From: Octopus vulgaris
Taxonomy: Eukaryota
Reading direction: 5' to 3'
Assembly: GCA_951406725.2 (NCBI GenBank)
Contig: OX597826.1
Coordinates: forward strand, 43,090,001 to 43,154,000
Length of the DNA: 64,000 bases
Below the pieces are notes generated by a model, which made no database searches, had not been told where the DNA came from, and was given only the letters and a program-made list of their open reading frames with translations. Shown piece after piece: positions 1 through 13,742 of this stretch; within the stretch, counting starts at the first letter, position 1, and each line of letters starts with the position of its first letter. The translations under genes were made by a program, and so were the position numbers.

Positions 1-1952
1 ATTGCTAAATGTGACCAGAACTTGTGGAAGAGGGAAACCCGGGAAGAGATGAGATGAAGTGGTTAAGCCTGATAGAGGAGACAACATAAATCTGAGATCC
101 CTGGCAATATGAGGTTCTTGCAAAGACTGCTTCCTTGTCAGCAAAACTGAGTTCTGGAAGTGCTGTTATAGTAACTCATCCCCCACCACTCCCATGCATT
201 AGACCTGTGGCTTCTCATCCCCAGCACCAGTTCCCGGAGACTACCAACCATGTCATCCCTCTCCCTTGTCTTCCCCACCTGACAACTGTATCATCTTTAC
301 AACTCTTGCTACCTGACCTCTCTCTCTTCTGCATCTCTTTATCCCCTCCCAACTTATGGCTCTTTGCTCATCCACCCTCAATCCACCCTACACCTGGCAA
401 TCTGCCTACCCTTCCCATCCACTCAATCTCTTTCTCATACAAACTTGCAAACTGATACATCAGCCAACCTTGTGTCTTGTGGGGCCAATTAGGCACTGCA
501 TTGCTGTTATCTATCTATCTCTCGCAGTTCCTACTGTTCATTTTCCCTTTCCTTTCCCTTCTCCTACTAGATGTGAGTAACCAAGCAGATCCTCTACAAG
601 AACCAGCACTACACCCACTTCTCACACTTCAGTCCTCTCATCAACCAGCAAGAAGCCGACCTCCACCCCAACAAGGGTTTGTAGTTCTGTGAGCTGCATA
701 GCAACCACAATAGTGCAGGTAGCATGAGAAAAGCACCCAGTCCACACTGTAAAGTGGTTGACATTAAGAAGAGCATCTGACAGTAGAAACCATGCCGAAA
801 CAGACATTGGAACATGATGCAGTCCTTGGAGACATACGATCCTGTCAAATCGTCCAGTCCATGACAGCATAGAGGTTGGATGTTAAACAATGGTGATAAT
901 ATACTTCATATAAAAAAACAAAAAAACTATTGCATTCCAAGCAGTGAAATTTTTTGTCATTTCTTTATCAACATGTGATTCACTGGCTTTGAATTGTCAA
1001 ACACATGTGAAGTAACAGATCTTTTACTTGAAAAGTGAAGAACGAGAGAAGGTTAGTGACAGGAAGGGCATTTGGCTATAAAACAATACTTCAATACATA
1101 TTCAGCTAACACATCCATGGAAAAACATAAGTAAAATCATTGAAGAATTTATGTGTGTGCATGTGTGTGTGTGTGTGCATTTATCTCTCACTGTTTGACA
1201 GACTGGTATTGGTTTATTTACATTCCTTTAAGTCAATGGTTTGGCAGACAAAAAGATGCCACTAGAATAAATACAAGACAGAAAATTAGCACTGGGATCA
1301 ATTAAACTGACTAAACTTTTCAAGGCAGAGCCCCAGCATGGCTGCTGTCCAATGACTGAAACAAGTGAAATAATAAAAGCATGTATTCTTGCTGTATGTT
1401 TGCTCAACCAATGAGAGTTGCTGGCTGGGTGCTGTTCCTGTTGCTAATCCTCACCTGCTTCAAAGCAAGCTAATTTTCCGAACAACTGGACTAATTTTAA
1501 TGGAAGATTGGGAATGAATGACATCCTTTGTATGATGCTGACACTCACCTACAGATGTCCCTTGATGTTAGGATACAGAAACACACAAACACACACAATG
1601 GGCTTCTCTCAGTTTCTGCCTCCTAAGTCCACTCACAAGGCTTTGATTAGCTTGGGGTCACAGTAGAAGACACTTGCCCAAGGTGCCACATAGTGGGACT
1701 GAACCTGAAACCACATGGTTGGGAAGCAAGCTTTTTAACCATACAACCATGTCTGTCTCTCAGAAACTGTGCCAGTCCACCTTCTTTAAAAATGTAACAG
1801 TAAATTAAATTAAATTGATTTTTTGCATAAACAAATGACCAAAAATTTTAGTGGGAGGGAACAAATAATTATATGAACCCCAGTATTGGTCCGATTCTTT
1901 ATTTCTATTGACCCTAGGAGAATTAGAGGCAAAGTTGATCATTGTGTGATTT

Positions 1953-2456
1953 GAACTCTTTAGCATTCAGATTATTCTGTTAAATGTAATGCTTATTTAT
2001 TCACATTCTTAAAAAGCAATTATTCATGATCTCATAGCTTTGAGATTTTAACAATGTGATTGTTTACTTTTAGTATGATAATAAATAAAATAAATGCGCC
2101 CTTTTAAAGCGTAGCCAGGCTCATGGGCCCGGCTTCCTGGTTTCTATGGCATATGTATTCTTCAGCTGGACGGGACACCAGTCCATCGCAGTGTTACTCA
2201 TTTTTGCCAGCTGAGTGGACTGGAGCAACGTGAAATGAAGTGTTTTGCTCAATAACACAACACGTTGCCTGGTCCAGGAATCGAAACCACAATCTTACGA
2301 TCATGATGCTGACACCCTAACCACTAAGCCATGAGCCTCCACTTTTAGTATGATACTGTAGGGAAAGTGTAAGAGACGGGATCTGGCCAGTTTGAACATA
2401 AACTGGTAGAATATTTGGCTTAGATATGGCTGGTTAAAATGCTGCTAAAGGGTTAA
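1953..2456. mobile_element. TTAA-flanked (piggyBac-type) MITE interrupted by a SINE
   Basis: Degenerate ends ctctttagcatt...gctaaagggTTAA; same family at 18197-18632 (two copies) and 44579-44803. Confidence 0.7.
2081..2340 (-). mobile_element. tRNA-derived SINE (family D) with 15-bp TSD
   Basis: A box tggcttagtggtt and B box ggtttcgattcc. TSD acttttagtatgata at 2066-2080 and 2341-2355. Related copy at 46769-47010 (+); same head with different tails at 31563-31810 and 56887-57230. Confidence 0.85.
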
Positions 2457-2513
2457 ATTAGATTAATATCAAATAACACATGTTTATTGTCTGTTCTATG
2501 CTATCCAACCATT

Positions 2514-3110
2514 TTATACTATATTCTTCAGAGAGAGTGTGCTAATACTGTTGGACATAACGAAGGAATATGTTAGAGGAAAAGAGCTTTGAGAAACACT
2601 GTAGTAAGGTACAGCATTTATTTTTTTAAGTTTGTTTCCCAGTGCTCTGCACTTATAGTCACCTTCATCTTCTGAAAAGAAGATGGTGATTATAGCTCTA
2701 GGCAAAAATTGGAAAAGTTTCCACACTGGATTGACTTGGGAGCTTTTACGTACTGATAACAGAGTTCTTATTGCAGAATCTGTCAAATAGCTACAGGAAA
2801 AAAACCAAAAAAAAAAAACTTCCAAATGAGGAAGAGTGGCTTAAAGGTTTAAAGATCAACACAGCAAAGACCTAAGTAGCACTTAGTCGCAGGGGAGCAT
2901 GAAAACAAAATAACATCTGGGAGATAACCATGAGGCCAGGATAAATAGGTGAAAAGGAAAATTTTCTTGACTCCATACTGTGTATTTGGTGCAGAAAATA
3001 CAGGGAAGATACAAGCGCAGTAAGATCACTGGTAGATTGCCAGGCGTGGTAGGGAAAAATAAGCTTCCGTGAATTGTGCACCAATGAAATGAAACATACA
3101 ACCTGGAGCT
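2514..3110 (-). pseudogene. Dynein-like exon remnants, AAA6 lid (2872-3110 and 2514-2790)
   Basis: VCFISLVHNSRKLIFPYHAWQSTSDL resembles LCFFHAVVQERRKFG..GW...YEFNESDL. Strong acceptor tttttcctgtag at 2791-2792, followed by an open frame of about 90 codons. Confidence 0.4.
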
Positions 3111-3179
3111 CTTATGGAGAGAGAAAGAATTTAGTACTGAGTTGTGGGAAGCAGTCTTAAAAATTAAATGATGTAAGCA

Positions 3180-3514
3180 CAGGGGTTCTCAACCATATTT
3201 TATCTATGGACCCCTTTCATTACTATTTTATTCTGGTGGACCCCCATAGCCATCTGGTGTTTAAAATTATAGAAATGTCTTTCAAAATTCCTATTTTGGT
3301 TTTCACATTAAATTGTTTAGGTGGATCTATGCAAAATGTTAGAGAAAGAAACCTATCTGTTTCTTACAATACATCTCATACATCTCAATAAAAATTTTTT
3401 CAGGGTCCCTTAAAATATTATTGTGAATTCCAAATTTACTATCTTATTACGTGGATCCCCAAAAATCTTATATAGACCCTCAGGGGCCACATGAACCTTG
3501 GCTGAGAACCACTG
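3180..3514. mobile_element. hAT/Charlie-like MITE
   Basis: TIRs CAGGGGTTCTCAACC and GGCTGAGAACCACTG; degenerate 8-bp TSD. Confidence 0.75.
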
Positions 3515-3707
3515 GTTTAGCATAATAATTGATTTCGATATATTTGTTGGATAGTATTTCAGCTCTTTATGTTCTGAAGTGTCTAAAACAAGAAATCATT
3601 ATAATCACTAAGTAGCAGAGACAGATGATATACAAGACAGTGTATGGTATGGTTCTATTGGGTTGTCCGGACTCTCTCTCACACACACAATTATTATTAT
3701 TATTAAG

Positions 3708-4128
3708 GCAGAGCGTGATCGTTGCCAGAGCAACAAACTGGCTTCCATGCTGGTGGCATGTAAAAAGCACCATTCGAGCGTGATCGTTACCTGCATTGCC
3801 TTACTGGCACTTGTGCTGGTGGTACGTGAAAAAAAACATTTGACCGAGGTTGTTGCCAGTGCCGCTGGACTGGCTCCTGTGCAGGTGCCACATAAAAAGC
3901 ACCATTTGAGCATGGCTGTTGCCAGTACAGCCTGACTGGCTCTCGTACCGGTGGTATGTAAAAGCACCCACTACACTCTCTGAGTGGTTGGCATTAGGAA
4001 GGGCATCCAGCTGTAGAAACTTTGTCAGATCAGATTGGAGCCTGGTGCAGCCAACTGGTTAGCCAGTCTTCAGTCAAATCGTCCAACCCATGCTAGCATG
4101 GAAAGCGGACGTTAAATGATGACGATGA
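3708..4128 (+). mobile_element. Non-autonomous retroposon with tandem ~62-bp modules and (GAT)n tail (RTE-like 3' part)
   Basis: Four GCCAG..CTGGC / GGTG..TAAAAAG CACC-type modules, then gagtggttggcattaggaagggcatccagctgtag...ggacgttaaatgatgac. Copies at 41290-41590 (-), 57910-58398 (+) and 62539-62800 (+). Confidence 0.8.
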
Positions 4129-5084
4129 AAGCAGTGAGCTAGCATGCAAGACAAAATGCTCAGTAGCATTTTGTTCATCCTCAGATTCTGGGTTCAGATT
4201 CTGCTGAAGTTGACTCTGCCTTTCATCCTTTCAGGTTTGATAAAGTAAGTACCATTAGAACACTGGGGTTGATGTAATTGATTAGCACTCAACCACCTCA
4301 AGATTTCAGGTCTTGTGGCTATAGTAGAAAGTACCATTATTATTATGCACTCAAAAGTGTATTTGCTATTGTATCACCAGAACTTTTTCAATGTAGTTCA
4401 GATATGTTTTTTGCTCACACGGCTTTACTTCATCAAATACACACACATTTTCACTACTATAGACACACACATACATTGGCTCTTATACATATACACAATC
4501 CCTTTCATTCCTACACACACACACCTTCACTCCCACATATACATTTACTCCCAATACACCCTTACTTCAATACACACACACACACACACATTCACTTTCC
4601 AATACACATACATACACTCATTCACCGTTGCTTCCCTCATACTCCTACACATACAGTTTACTCCCCCCCGAACACACTTTTATACACACACACACACACA
4701 CACCGTCACTCCTATACATAATGTATATGCAGATACACAACCTTACTGTTACACACACACACAAAGCTTACACATATAGAGCATATTGATCTGTACATCT
4801 ACTTTTCTCTCTCTCTCACACACACAGACAGACAGACACACAAATACACGTGGAAAAAAAAACTTCCCAAAAACAATACTTGCAGCTTTGCATCTCACAC
4901 AATACAATACATGTACTCAAAGATGCATCAAGAGAAATGTCTTTTGAAGCAGTTATTTATATGAAATGCACGAGTAGAAGACATGCAAAATGCATATATT
5001 GAACTAAATAAATAATCAATAGAAAAATTTTGACCTAAATATTAGTTAATTTTTGATATTTGTAAAAAAAAAAAAAAGTATGTG

Positions 5085-5164
<80 letters not shown>

Positions 5165-5185
5165 TGAGAGTGGGGTAGTTTTCAC

Positions 5186-5662
5186 CTTTCCATTAAACTT
5201 GTGTAAATCTTCCATGCTGTTTTGTTTGGAAAGAAGAGAAATGTTATTAAAAGGAGTAAATGGTAAGATTGTAAGAATGTGAAAAGAAAAAGTCTTCTAG
5301 TTTTCCTTTATATAATAAACAAAAGTTCCCTTAAATTGAGCAAGAATGGCAGTAAGTGCTCTGGGAATACTTTTATCTGGAGAAGATCACAGTTGATTAA
5401 TTGAAAAGCAATCCTTTAATCAGAGAATCGCAGAACAGCCTCTTAGAATTGGATCACAAGTAACAAACGGAATTCTTCTGATATTCTGATATCTGTGTCA
5501 AACTGGGAGACAAAGAGTGTGCGAGTGGAAGATGGGAGAGAGGAGAGAGAGAAGAGAGAGGAGGAAAGAAAGAGACAGGGAAATAGTGTGAGAGGGAGAG
5601 AGAAAAGAGAAGGGACGAGAATATGGCAGAGAAAGAGAGTGAGAATGTGTGTGGGAGAGAGA

Positions 5663-5696
<34 letters not shown>

Positions 5697-5800
5697 AATA
5701 GCTTGGTGTGATGAGGAAGAAATGACATTAGTGCAAGATCCAGCAATCTGCTCTTCCAGCATAATCTAGTAGGATTCACAATGAACTAGGTTAACAATAG
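5186..5800 (-). pseudogene. Dynein-like exon remnants, AAA6 (about 5700-5800 and 5186-5502)
   Basis: HCESY*IMLE resembles G.WVMLQN. After acceptor tctcccag, ISEEFRLLLV resembles HPDFRLWLT. In-frame TAA stops follow. Confidence 0.4.
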
Positions 5801-6179
5801 CCTGGAGCTCAGAGCTGGGTTGTGTGATATGAGGTAGCAGGGGGAAAAAAAAAAACAAACAAAAAATAACCAAAAAAACAACAAAAAAATCCAGATAAAG
5901 AGAGATTTCAATAACTACGTTTCAGGAGCAATGGTGATGATTGCTTTTGTTTTTGTTATTTTTTTATCTATTTTCTCTCAGTGTGTGTGTGTGTGTGTGT
6001 GAGGCAGGCTGAGTACACAGGAGAGATGTGTTACAATGCATATGTGTATGTGCATGAATGTGTGTGTGTGTGTGAGATAATGAAGAATGTGTGAAAGCAC
6101 AAACACAAATGTATTGCATAAAAATGTGTATATACAGTGCATAGATCTGAATGCATTGCATAGAAGTATGTATATACAG

Positions 6180-6189
6180 CACATGCATA

Positions 6190-6227
<38 letters not shown>

Positions 6228-6440
6228 CATATATATACATATATATATATATATACATATATATACACACATATATATACACATATATATACACACACAT
6301 ATATATACATATGCACATATATATATACACACGCACACACACACATATATATATACACATATATATAAACACACACACACACATATATATATACACATAT
6401 ATATAAACACACACACATATATATATACACATATATATAA

Positions 6441-6473
<33 letters not shown>

Positions 6474-6522
6474 CACATAATATAAACACACACACACACA
6501 TATATATATATATAATATAAAC

Positions 6523-6553
<31 letters not shown>

Positions 6554-6580
6554 CACAATGCATATATGTGTGTGTGTGTT
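6180..6580. repeat. Compound (AT)n/(AC)n microsatellite
   Basis: Seen directly; it produces the spurious YI/CV-rich ORFs. Confidence 0.95.
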
Positions 6581-6999
6581 CCCATACAAAATATATGTAT
6601 GCGCCTTCATTGAAGCTGTTTCTAATAAACTTAACAGAAGAGACGACAATAACAATGAGATTGTTACACATAATCAGCAAAGAAAATAAAGTATAAATAG
6701 AAAGACAGTGCGGCAGAAGAGGCTGGAGGTAGTGGTGGTGGTGGTGGTGGTGGTGGTGCTGATAGCAGTGGTGGAAATAGTGTACATTTGCTAAGTTTAG
6801 ACTGAAAGAACATAACGAAGACAAAAGTGATTAATGAATACAATTATGTTAAATGACTCAGTCCCACTACAGTATATATCAGGGTTATTGGGAAAACTTT
6901 GCATCTCACATTAAATTTCTTTGTATGGTGGGGAAAAAAAAAAAAAAAAAAAAAAAAAAGATAAGGAAAACATTTTTTTCTTTGTAGATAACGGTTCTA

Positions 7000-7300
7000 T
7001 AATTACTTGAAAATTTCTAATGATTTTTAGATAATAAAAATTCTTTAAAAGGTGAAGAAAATTAATATGAAATAATTAGAGAAGAAATTTAGTGCAATTG
7101 TAAAAGCTGTGAGAGCCCTAAAGACTAGAAACCCTATTTTCCTGATCAGAATGTTTTGTCATAAAGATGACCGATGTAAATTATGAGAACCAATTTCTTA
7201 AAATACGACATGAACAATTAAGAATTTCAGGCTAAATGAATGAAAGCTAACTTCACAGGAATAGATTCTATTAAAATGCCAAACTGTTGCTTTGCACTAG
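7000..7300 (-). pseudogene. Dynein-like exon remnant preceding AAA6
   Basis: Acceptor ttattttcacag; AFIHLA*NS*LFMSYFK...LGLSQLLQLH resembles DNHD1-type F..L......W..Y......LSLLQKLIL. Confidence 0.3.
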
Positions 7301-7975
7301 CTGTGAAAATAAGTCTTCTATTATCTGTTCGAAAAGGAGAGCAGTAAAAAAGACGATAGCTGTGTAAAAGTTTGTCAATATAAAGGAAAGAGGCTGTATT
7401 TATTTATTTTTTTTTGCACCTTTTTTTATGATGTGTTTTTGGAATCTTAGCAATTTGTACAATATCTCTCCGAATTCTTTGAATAGGAAAGATGTGAAAA
7501 AAAAAAAAAAAAAATGCAAAACACCAATCTTCCAGCAATGCACTACTGACATATTCAATACACCAATATTAAAAAAGTCTGATCTATATTTTCTCAACCA
7601 AACAGTTTCACAGCATTAAATGAAATACATATGTATGCGTACGTATGTGTGTGTGTGTGTGTGTGTGTGAGAGAAAGTATATCTGTCTATCTGTCTATCT
7701 ATCTATCTGTATTATAGATATCTATACATTTTTTTCCCCTTTCTGTTTCTGCAAAGTTAATAATTTAATTTAATTTATTGTGATGTAATGTTTAAATGTT
7801 TAATAGGAGCACTTGTGACTCCTGACCAGGTCACACTGCTGACATCCAACTAGAAAGAAATAGTTGTTATAGAGAAATTAAAAGAAAAATTAAAGGTAAA
7901 GAACATTTAGTCAAATAAATGCATAAAGATAATATTGCTTGTTTCTCCAACATCAGTAATGGAATATATATATAC

Positions 7976-8043
<68 letters not shown>

Positions 8044-8045
<2 letters not shown>

Positions 8046-8338
8046 GCACAATGGCCCAGTGGTTAGGGCAGTGGACTCGCGGTCTTAGGATCACAGTTTC
8101 GATTCCGAGACTGGGCGTTGTGACTGTTTATCGAGCGAAAACACCAAAAGCTCCACGAGGCTCTGGCAGGGGGTGGTGGCGATCCCTGCTGTACGCTTTC
8201 GCCACAACTCTCACTCTTTCTTCTGTAGGCCTGCTTGCTTAGCCAGCGAGGTGGCGTCATTTGAAGGCTAAAACAATGCGAAGTGCATTGTGACCAGCCA
8301 TGTGTAGTAACATCTGATAGCCTGGTCAGTCATGTGAT
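8044..8338 (+). mobile_element. tRNA-derived SINE (family C)
   Basis: Head tggcccagtggttagggc...tttcgattcc; second copy at 49689-49949; both lie in dinucleotide repeats. Confidence 0.85.
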
Positions 8339-8776
8339 ATGTGTGTGTATTACACACACGTGTGTATGTGTGTGCATATATGCACCATGCTGCAATTACC
8401 TATGTTATTTTGTGCAATACACTTTGGGCCTGTAATATACTAAGGCATATGTTTTATATTATCAAATGAATTTCTGTAAGGGGAACATTTCATAAGATGA
8501 AGGCTATGCCTAATAGGGACACCAGCTGTGGTGAAGCTTAATGGTAAGGAAGACCAGCATCTATATGCTTGGGTTTAGCATCCCTACCATGCAACCCTTT
8601 GTCTCTGGCATGCACACTATGCATCAGTTTAGGTTACATAATTAGAAGGAGAGTGTAAGGTAAGCTCAGTACATAAACAACACTTATTTTTTTAGGGTGT
8701 TGATGAGTTTCGTATAGAGGTAACTGTTGTCAAGTGCTCAGACATCACCGTAGATGGTAAAGTCCCTCATGTATCT

Positions 8777-8830
<54 letters not shown>

Positions 8831-9489
8831 AGATTGGTGTGTTACATTTTTTAAATCATATCTTTCTATTCAAAGAATTCGGAGAGATATTGTACAAATT
8901 GCTAAGATTCCAAAAACACATAAGAATGGTACAAAAAAAAAAAAAAATAATAAATACAGCCTCTTTTCTTTATATTGACAAACTTTTACACAGCTATTGT
9001 CTTTTTTTTTCTAATTTATATATATATTATATATTGTGAAATTTGATTTAGTATTTCTAAATTGAATTTTTCCCTGTAAGTTTGGAATAATATTCCCTCA
9101 TATTTTATTTATATATATATATATACACACACATATATACTTGTATGCAATGTATAGGGGAGACCTAGTCCTCCAGCAGACTTGGGAAACAATCAGTAAC
9201 TGTAAATAACAAATGACTTGCAATGTGACAACTCATCCAACCCATACCAGCAGGAAAAGCAAATGTAATATGCTGGTACATACACATACAAAAAGAGAAA
9301 GAAAGGGATTAAAAAATCCAGGCAAATATCATTAAAGCACTTGATTTTAAATGAATTTGGTCAACTATATCTAACAATGCAAATAGAAAACACATCCAAG
9401 GTAATTCCTCATGTATGACAAGTAGATCCAAATATCATTTAGAAGAATTGAGAAATTCAGAGTATTAGACAACAAAAGTATGTATGGTA

Positions 9490-9785
9490 TGTATGGAGAA
9501 AATCGCATCTTTAATTGTTGAATTCGCCTTACAAAGCCGACAATTATTTCTATTGTGTTAACATATTTAAATATAGAAAATATCATTGAAGTTAATATTT
9601 CTGAAAATACAGATTAACATAACGTTTTCAAGGTTATCCAAAATTAGTTACATTTAAGTAATTTTTGATTGTCTTGAAAACATGTTAACATGTATTTTCA
9701 GAAATATTAACTTTAATGATATTTTCCATATTTAAATATGTTAACACAACAGAAACAATTATCGGAAGATGTGATTTTCTCCATA
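9490..9785. repeat. AT-rich foldback (inverted repeat) element
   Basis: 9537-9632 is the reverse complement of about 9673-9765; outer arm tatggagaaaatcgcatctt pairs with aagatgtgattttctccata. Confidence 0.85.
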
Positions 9786-10380
9786 TGTATTTATGTTATG
9801 TGTGTGTGTGTGTGTGTGTGTGTGTACACACACATCCCTGGTTACCAACCCTTACCAGTTTCCCATCAAGGTAATAATTTCCCCATGGTTAGACAGGTTT
9901 TCACAAAATACTGGACTGACACTGCTTGTAAGACACTGACACCAATTTGCAACTATCGATGTCAAAATCAGGGGACAAATATTCAAATTTGCACACATGA
10001 AAGGCTTCTTTCATTTTCCATCTACCAAATTCACTTACACGGTTTTGGTCAGCCTAGTGCTACAGTAGAAAAACATTTGCCCAAGGTGCTACACAGTGGG
10101 ACTGAACCTGAAACCATGTGGTTGAGAAGCAGACTTCTTAACCCACACAGCCACACCTGCACTTCATAACCTTGTAAAATAATAACGATGATTATATGTA
10201 CACTCGCACATGAGCAGTATTTCGTTTTATCACAGTCTTGTATGTTAAGTCAACAACAACAACAATAATAATACAGAAGTTAATACAAGAAATTACTTTT
10301 AACAATATTTGTTGGTTGTTGTTAGTTAAATAGTACGTTATGGCAATGTTAGTTGATCTTATTCTATCTTGCTTAGTTAC

Positions 10381-11161
10381 CTTCGCAAGTCTTAACCATG
10401 CTACGAAGCATTTCTTATTCAGTTTTAATCCACCGAGAATTAATCAGCAGTTCCTACTCAGACGCTCTTTGAATATGTCTTTCCAATCCAATTCTATCTT
10501 TAATCTGACACTTGTTTAGTCTATTTTGACAAGGTGAACTATTTCTTCAATGCAAAACTGATTAGAACTAATGAAAAGATTCACAATCTGAAAGCGGGCA
10601 ACATTTGAGTAAGTTGAAGTGAATGCTTTTGAATATCCAGGAAAGTGCTAATATGGAAGAGGTCTTAGAACTCGTATGATTATTACTTCGGTAAAGACAG
10701 TTATATAATTCTAGAGATATTCGTTTTATCTTTCCTAGCAGAACAATTTTAGAATTATATTTGCTACACATTGTCTACGGCAGCAATGGAAAGTTCCTAT
10801 TTACAACAGACTGACATACTTCTTCCACATTCAGTGGCATCCCTTGACTTTATATTCTAAGTGACCTGCGTCTTTTACAAGCAGCATAGAAACGGCATTC
10901 CCTCTAAGCTTATATCTATTTCCAATAAATCCTTTTGTATTGTTTAAGAATGTGTATTTCACTTTTTTTTCTTATAAGGCAGTGATGTATTGTGTGTTAT
11001 TTTTGCAGTAAAACTTCTGTTGTCTAAAATGCATGTCTATATGTGTTTTGTGCAACTGCAAAAATAATATAATTCAATAGAGATTTATGTCTGCTTTCGA
11101 ACAATACACTCACTACATTATATCTAATAAATGCATTAAAAAGACACAATCTTGGCACCAG
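10381..11161 (-). pseudogene. Dynein-like exon remnants between AAA5 and AAA6 (11114-11161 and 10381-11055, short GT-AG intron)
   Basis: EIHILKQYKRIY...RFYAACK...KIKRISLELYNCLYRS resembles E..I...R..Y.PVA...LYF...RL..L.....LY.NV.RSL; many stops. Confidence 0.4.
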
Positions 11162-11982
11162 CTGATGAAATATTTGAAAAGCAGATTTAGAAGAAAAAAA
11201 AAGAAAAAAAAATAGCTAAAGAATAAAACAAATATTGAAGAAGCTTTTATGTAATTATGAGGGTTTCCTTTTTAAATTTGCAGAGTTTAGACAAACAACG
11301 AGAATGGCGATGATAAATACGATACAAAGCATACATATGTAAATATGCAATACAATAAAAACCCTCATATTTCTCTTTCAATCACTGAACAAGACTTGCA
11401 GATTTTTCACTTAACTACAATACTAATATCTAATTTTTTCTCACAGGCACAGACATGGTTGCATAGCAAGAAGTTTGCTTCCTAAGCACATGGTCTTGGG
11501 TTCAGTCCTGCTGCATGACACTTTGGGCAAGTGTCTTCTACTACAGTCCTGGGTAAATCAAAGTCTTGTAAGTGGATTTTGTAGACAGAATACCAGCTTA
11601 ATCATGGCAAAGTTATTTTACTAAATCCTTCATTATTTTCATAATTAACTGAAAGGTAGTGTATTACAGTAGAAATATGGTAGTAAATGGGTTTGTTACT
11701 TCAGAAAAATGGCACCAAATACCTGTAATTATTCATTACACTTGGGTAACAAGTCAGAAACTATGTTCAATAGAAACTAAAGTGAAGCTGCTATTTGCAA
11801 GATGAGTGTGTCTATAAAATACATTCAAAAGTATCTATTTTATATAATGTGTGTGTGTGTGTGTACGTGTGTGTGTGTGTGTGTGTATGTAGTTAAAAAG
11901 CTTGCTTTCCAACTATATGGTTTTGGGTTCAGTTCCCCATTGCAGTAACTTGGGTGAATGGATTTGGTAGATAGAAATTGAA

Positions 11983-12224
11983 AGGTGGTGAAGTGGCAGA
12001 ATCGTTAGCATGGCGGGTAAAATGCTCAGCAGTATTTCGTCTGCAGTTATGTTCTGAATTCAAAATCCGCCGAGGTCGACTTTGCCTTTCATGCTTTCGG
12101 GGTCGATAATAAATTAAGTACCAGTTACGCACTGGGGAGGGGGTCGATGTAATCGACTTAATCCCTTTGTCTGTCCTTGTTTGTCCTCTCTATGTTTAGC
12201 CCCTTGTGGGCAATAAAGAAATAA
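11983..12224 (+). mobile_element. SINE family B (Meta-domain-like core) nested in an older family A SINE
   Basis: Core gtcgactttgcctttcatcctttcggggtcgataaattaagtacc. Other copies at 15958-16155, 22049-22345, 43711-43940 (+) and 49189-49419 (-). Confidence 0.85.
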
Positions 12225-12508
12225 GGAAATTGAAAGAAGCTCATTTTGTGTGTGTGTGTGTGTGTGTACCCTTGTCTCGACATCATGTGATGATTGTAAA
12301 TGAGCATCACTGTCATGTAAATGATGTTGTTTGTTTCCAGTCTTCAGTGGGAAGCAAGTCTGGCCATGCAGAAATATTACCTTGCTTGGAAGCAGGTGAA
12401 GGCTGGTGACAGGAAGGATATCCGACCATAGAGAAAGTCTGCCTCAATAAATTCTGCCCGACCCATGCAAGAATAGGAAAGTGAACATTAATGACGATGA
12501 TGATGATG

Positions 12509-12549
<41 letters not shown>

Positions 12550-12559
12550 AAAGATATGC

Positions 12560-12766
12560 ATAATAAAAGTGAGTTGCACAGAGGTAGTGTTGTCTGTTGT
12601 GTCATTGAAAATGCAGTGAAGCAGTAAGTTACTCCTCATTGAAAACCTATAATCAATGTAGCTATTGTCCACAAAATCCATTTCCATTAATATGCTGAAT
12701 CCCAGCCCTTTGGGAACAAAGTTACTGGGTCAGTAAATTGTATTGTTAAAGCACAACTGACCGGAT
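12560..12766 (-). pseudogene. Dynein-like exon remnant, AAA5
   Basis: TDPVTLFPKG, frameshift, then MDFVDNSYIDYRFSMRSNL; resembles LDPVL.K...GD..V.Y..DFRLYLTTKL. Confidence 0.4.
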
Positions 12767-12864
12767 CTGTACAGCAATGACAACGACAACAACACCAGCA
12801 ACGCTTACAGAATCGATTGAAGACAAAATATAATGGTGAAAGTTGGTGGGGGACATAGTGAAAG

Positions 12865-12895
<31 letters not shown>

Positions 12896-12939
12896 TAATC
12901 TTCTCTATTAAGTCTGAACTTGAATATTTACAATATTGG

Positions 12940-13685
12940 ATAACTGTAATACAATATCTAATAAGCAAGGAACACACTACCTGGTAGTGGATGTATAACA
13001 TGCTATAGTAGAGCTACATAATAATATCAAAGACATGACACACAATAGTAGAAATACAATAAATAATATCAGAGATAGAAGATACAATAGTAAGGAAACT
13101 ATAGCCAATAGAAATATAATAGACAATATCTAATAGTAGAGATATCGTGGGGATACAATACTTAGTATGAAAGATACTACATACAATAGTAGAGATACAA
13201 TATGTTATATAGAGATACAGCATACAATAGCAAATATACAACATATAACAGTAAAGATACAATAGACAATATCAAACAACAAAGAAACAAGTGACAATAG
13301 CTAAGAATATAATACTTAATATGAGAAATGTAATATACAATAGGAGATATGGTATCTTGTAGCAGGTACACAATATAAAATAACAGAGATATACTATACA
13401 ATATCTAAGGGGGTATAATGTATTCAGTAGCAGAGATACAATAGGCAGTGACAACAGCAAGGAATACAATACCCATTAGCAGATATGTAAGATAAAATAA
13501 CAGAGATATACTATACAACATCTAAGGGAATATAATATCTATAGGAAAAGATACAAGCAGAAGTACAATTGATAACATGGAATACAATACCCAATAGTGG
13601 AAATGCAATATCCAGAAGCAGAGACAACAATATCCAAGAAAAGATACAATATACAATAACAGAAATACAGTATCTAATCTATAAT

Positions 13686-13742
<57 letters not shown>

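Noticed and set aside
135-692. Pro/Leu/Ser-rich ORFs at the window start
   Set aside because: Pyrimidine-rich low-complexity sequence with no recognisable domain
5964-6824. 286-aa and overlapping long ORFs
   Set aside because: Translations of (AT)n/(AC)n microsatellite
9371-9586. 71-aa ORF
   Set aside because: Starts inside the foldback repeat; only a different frame at about 9310-9465 might be a dynein remnant
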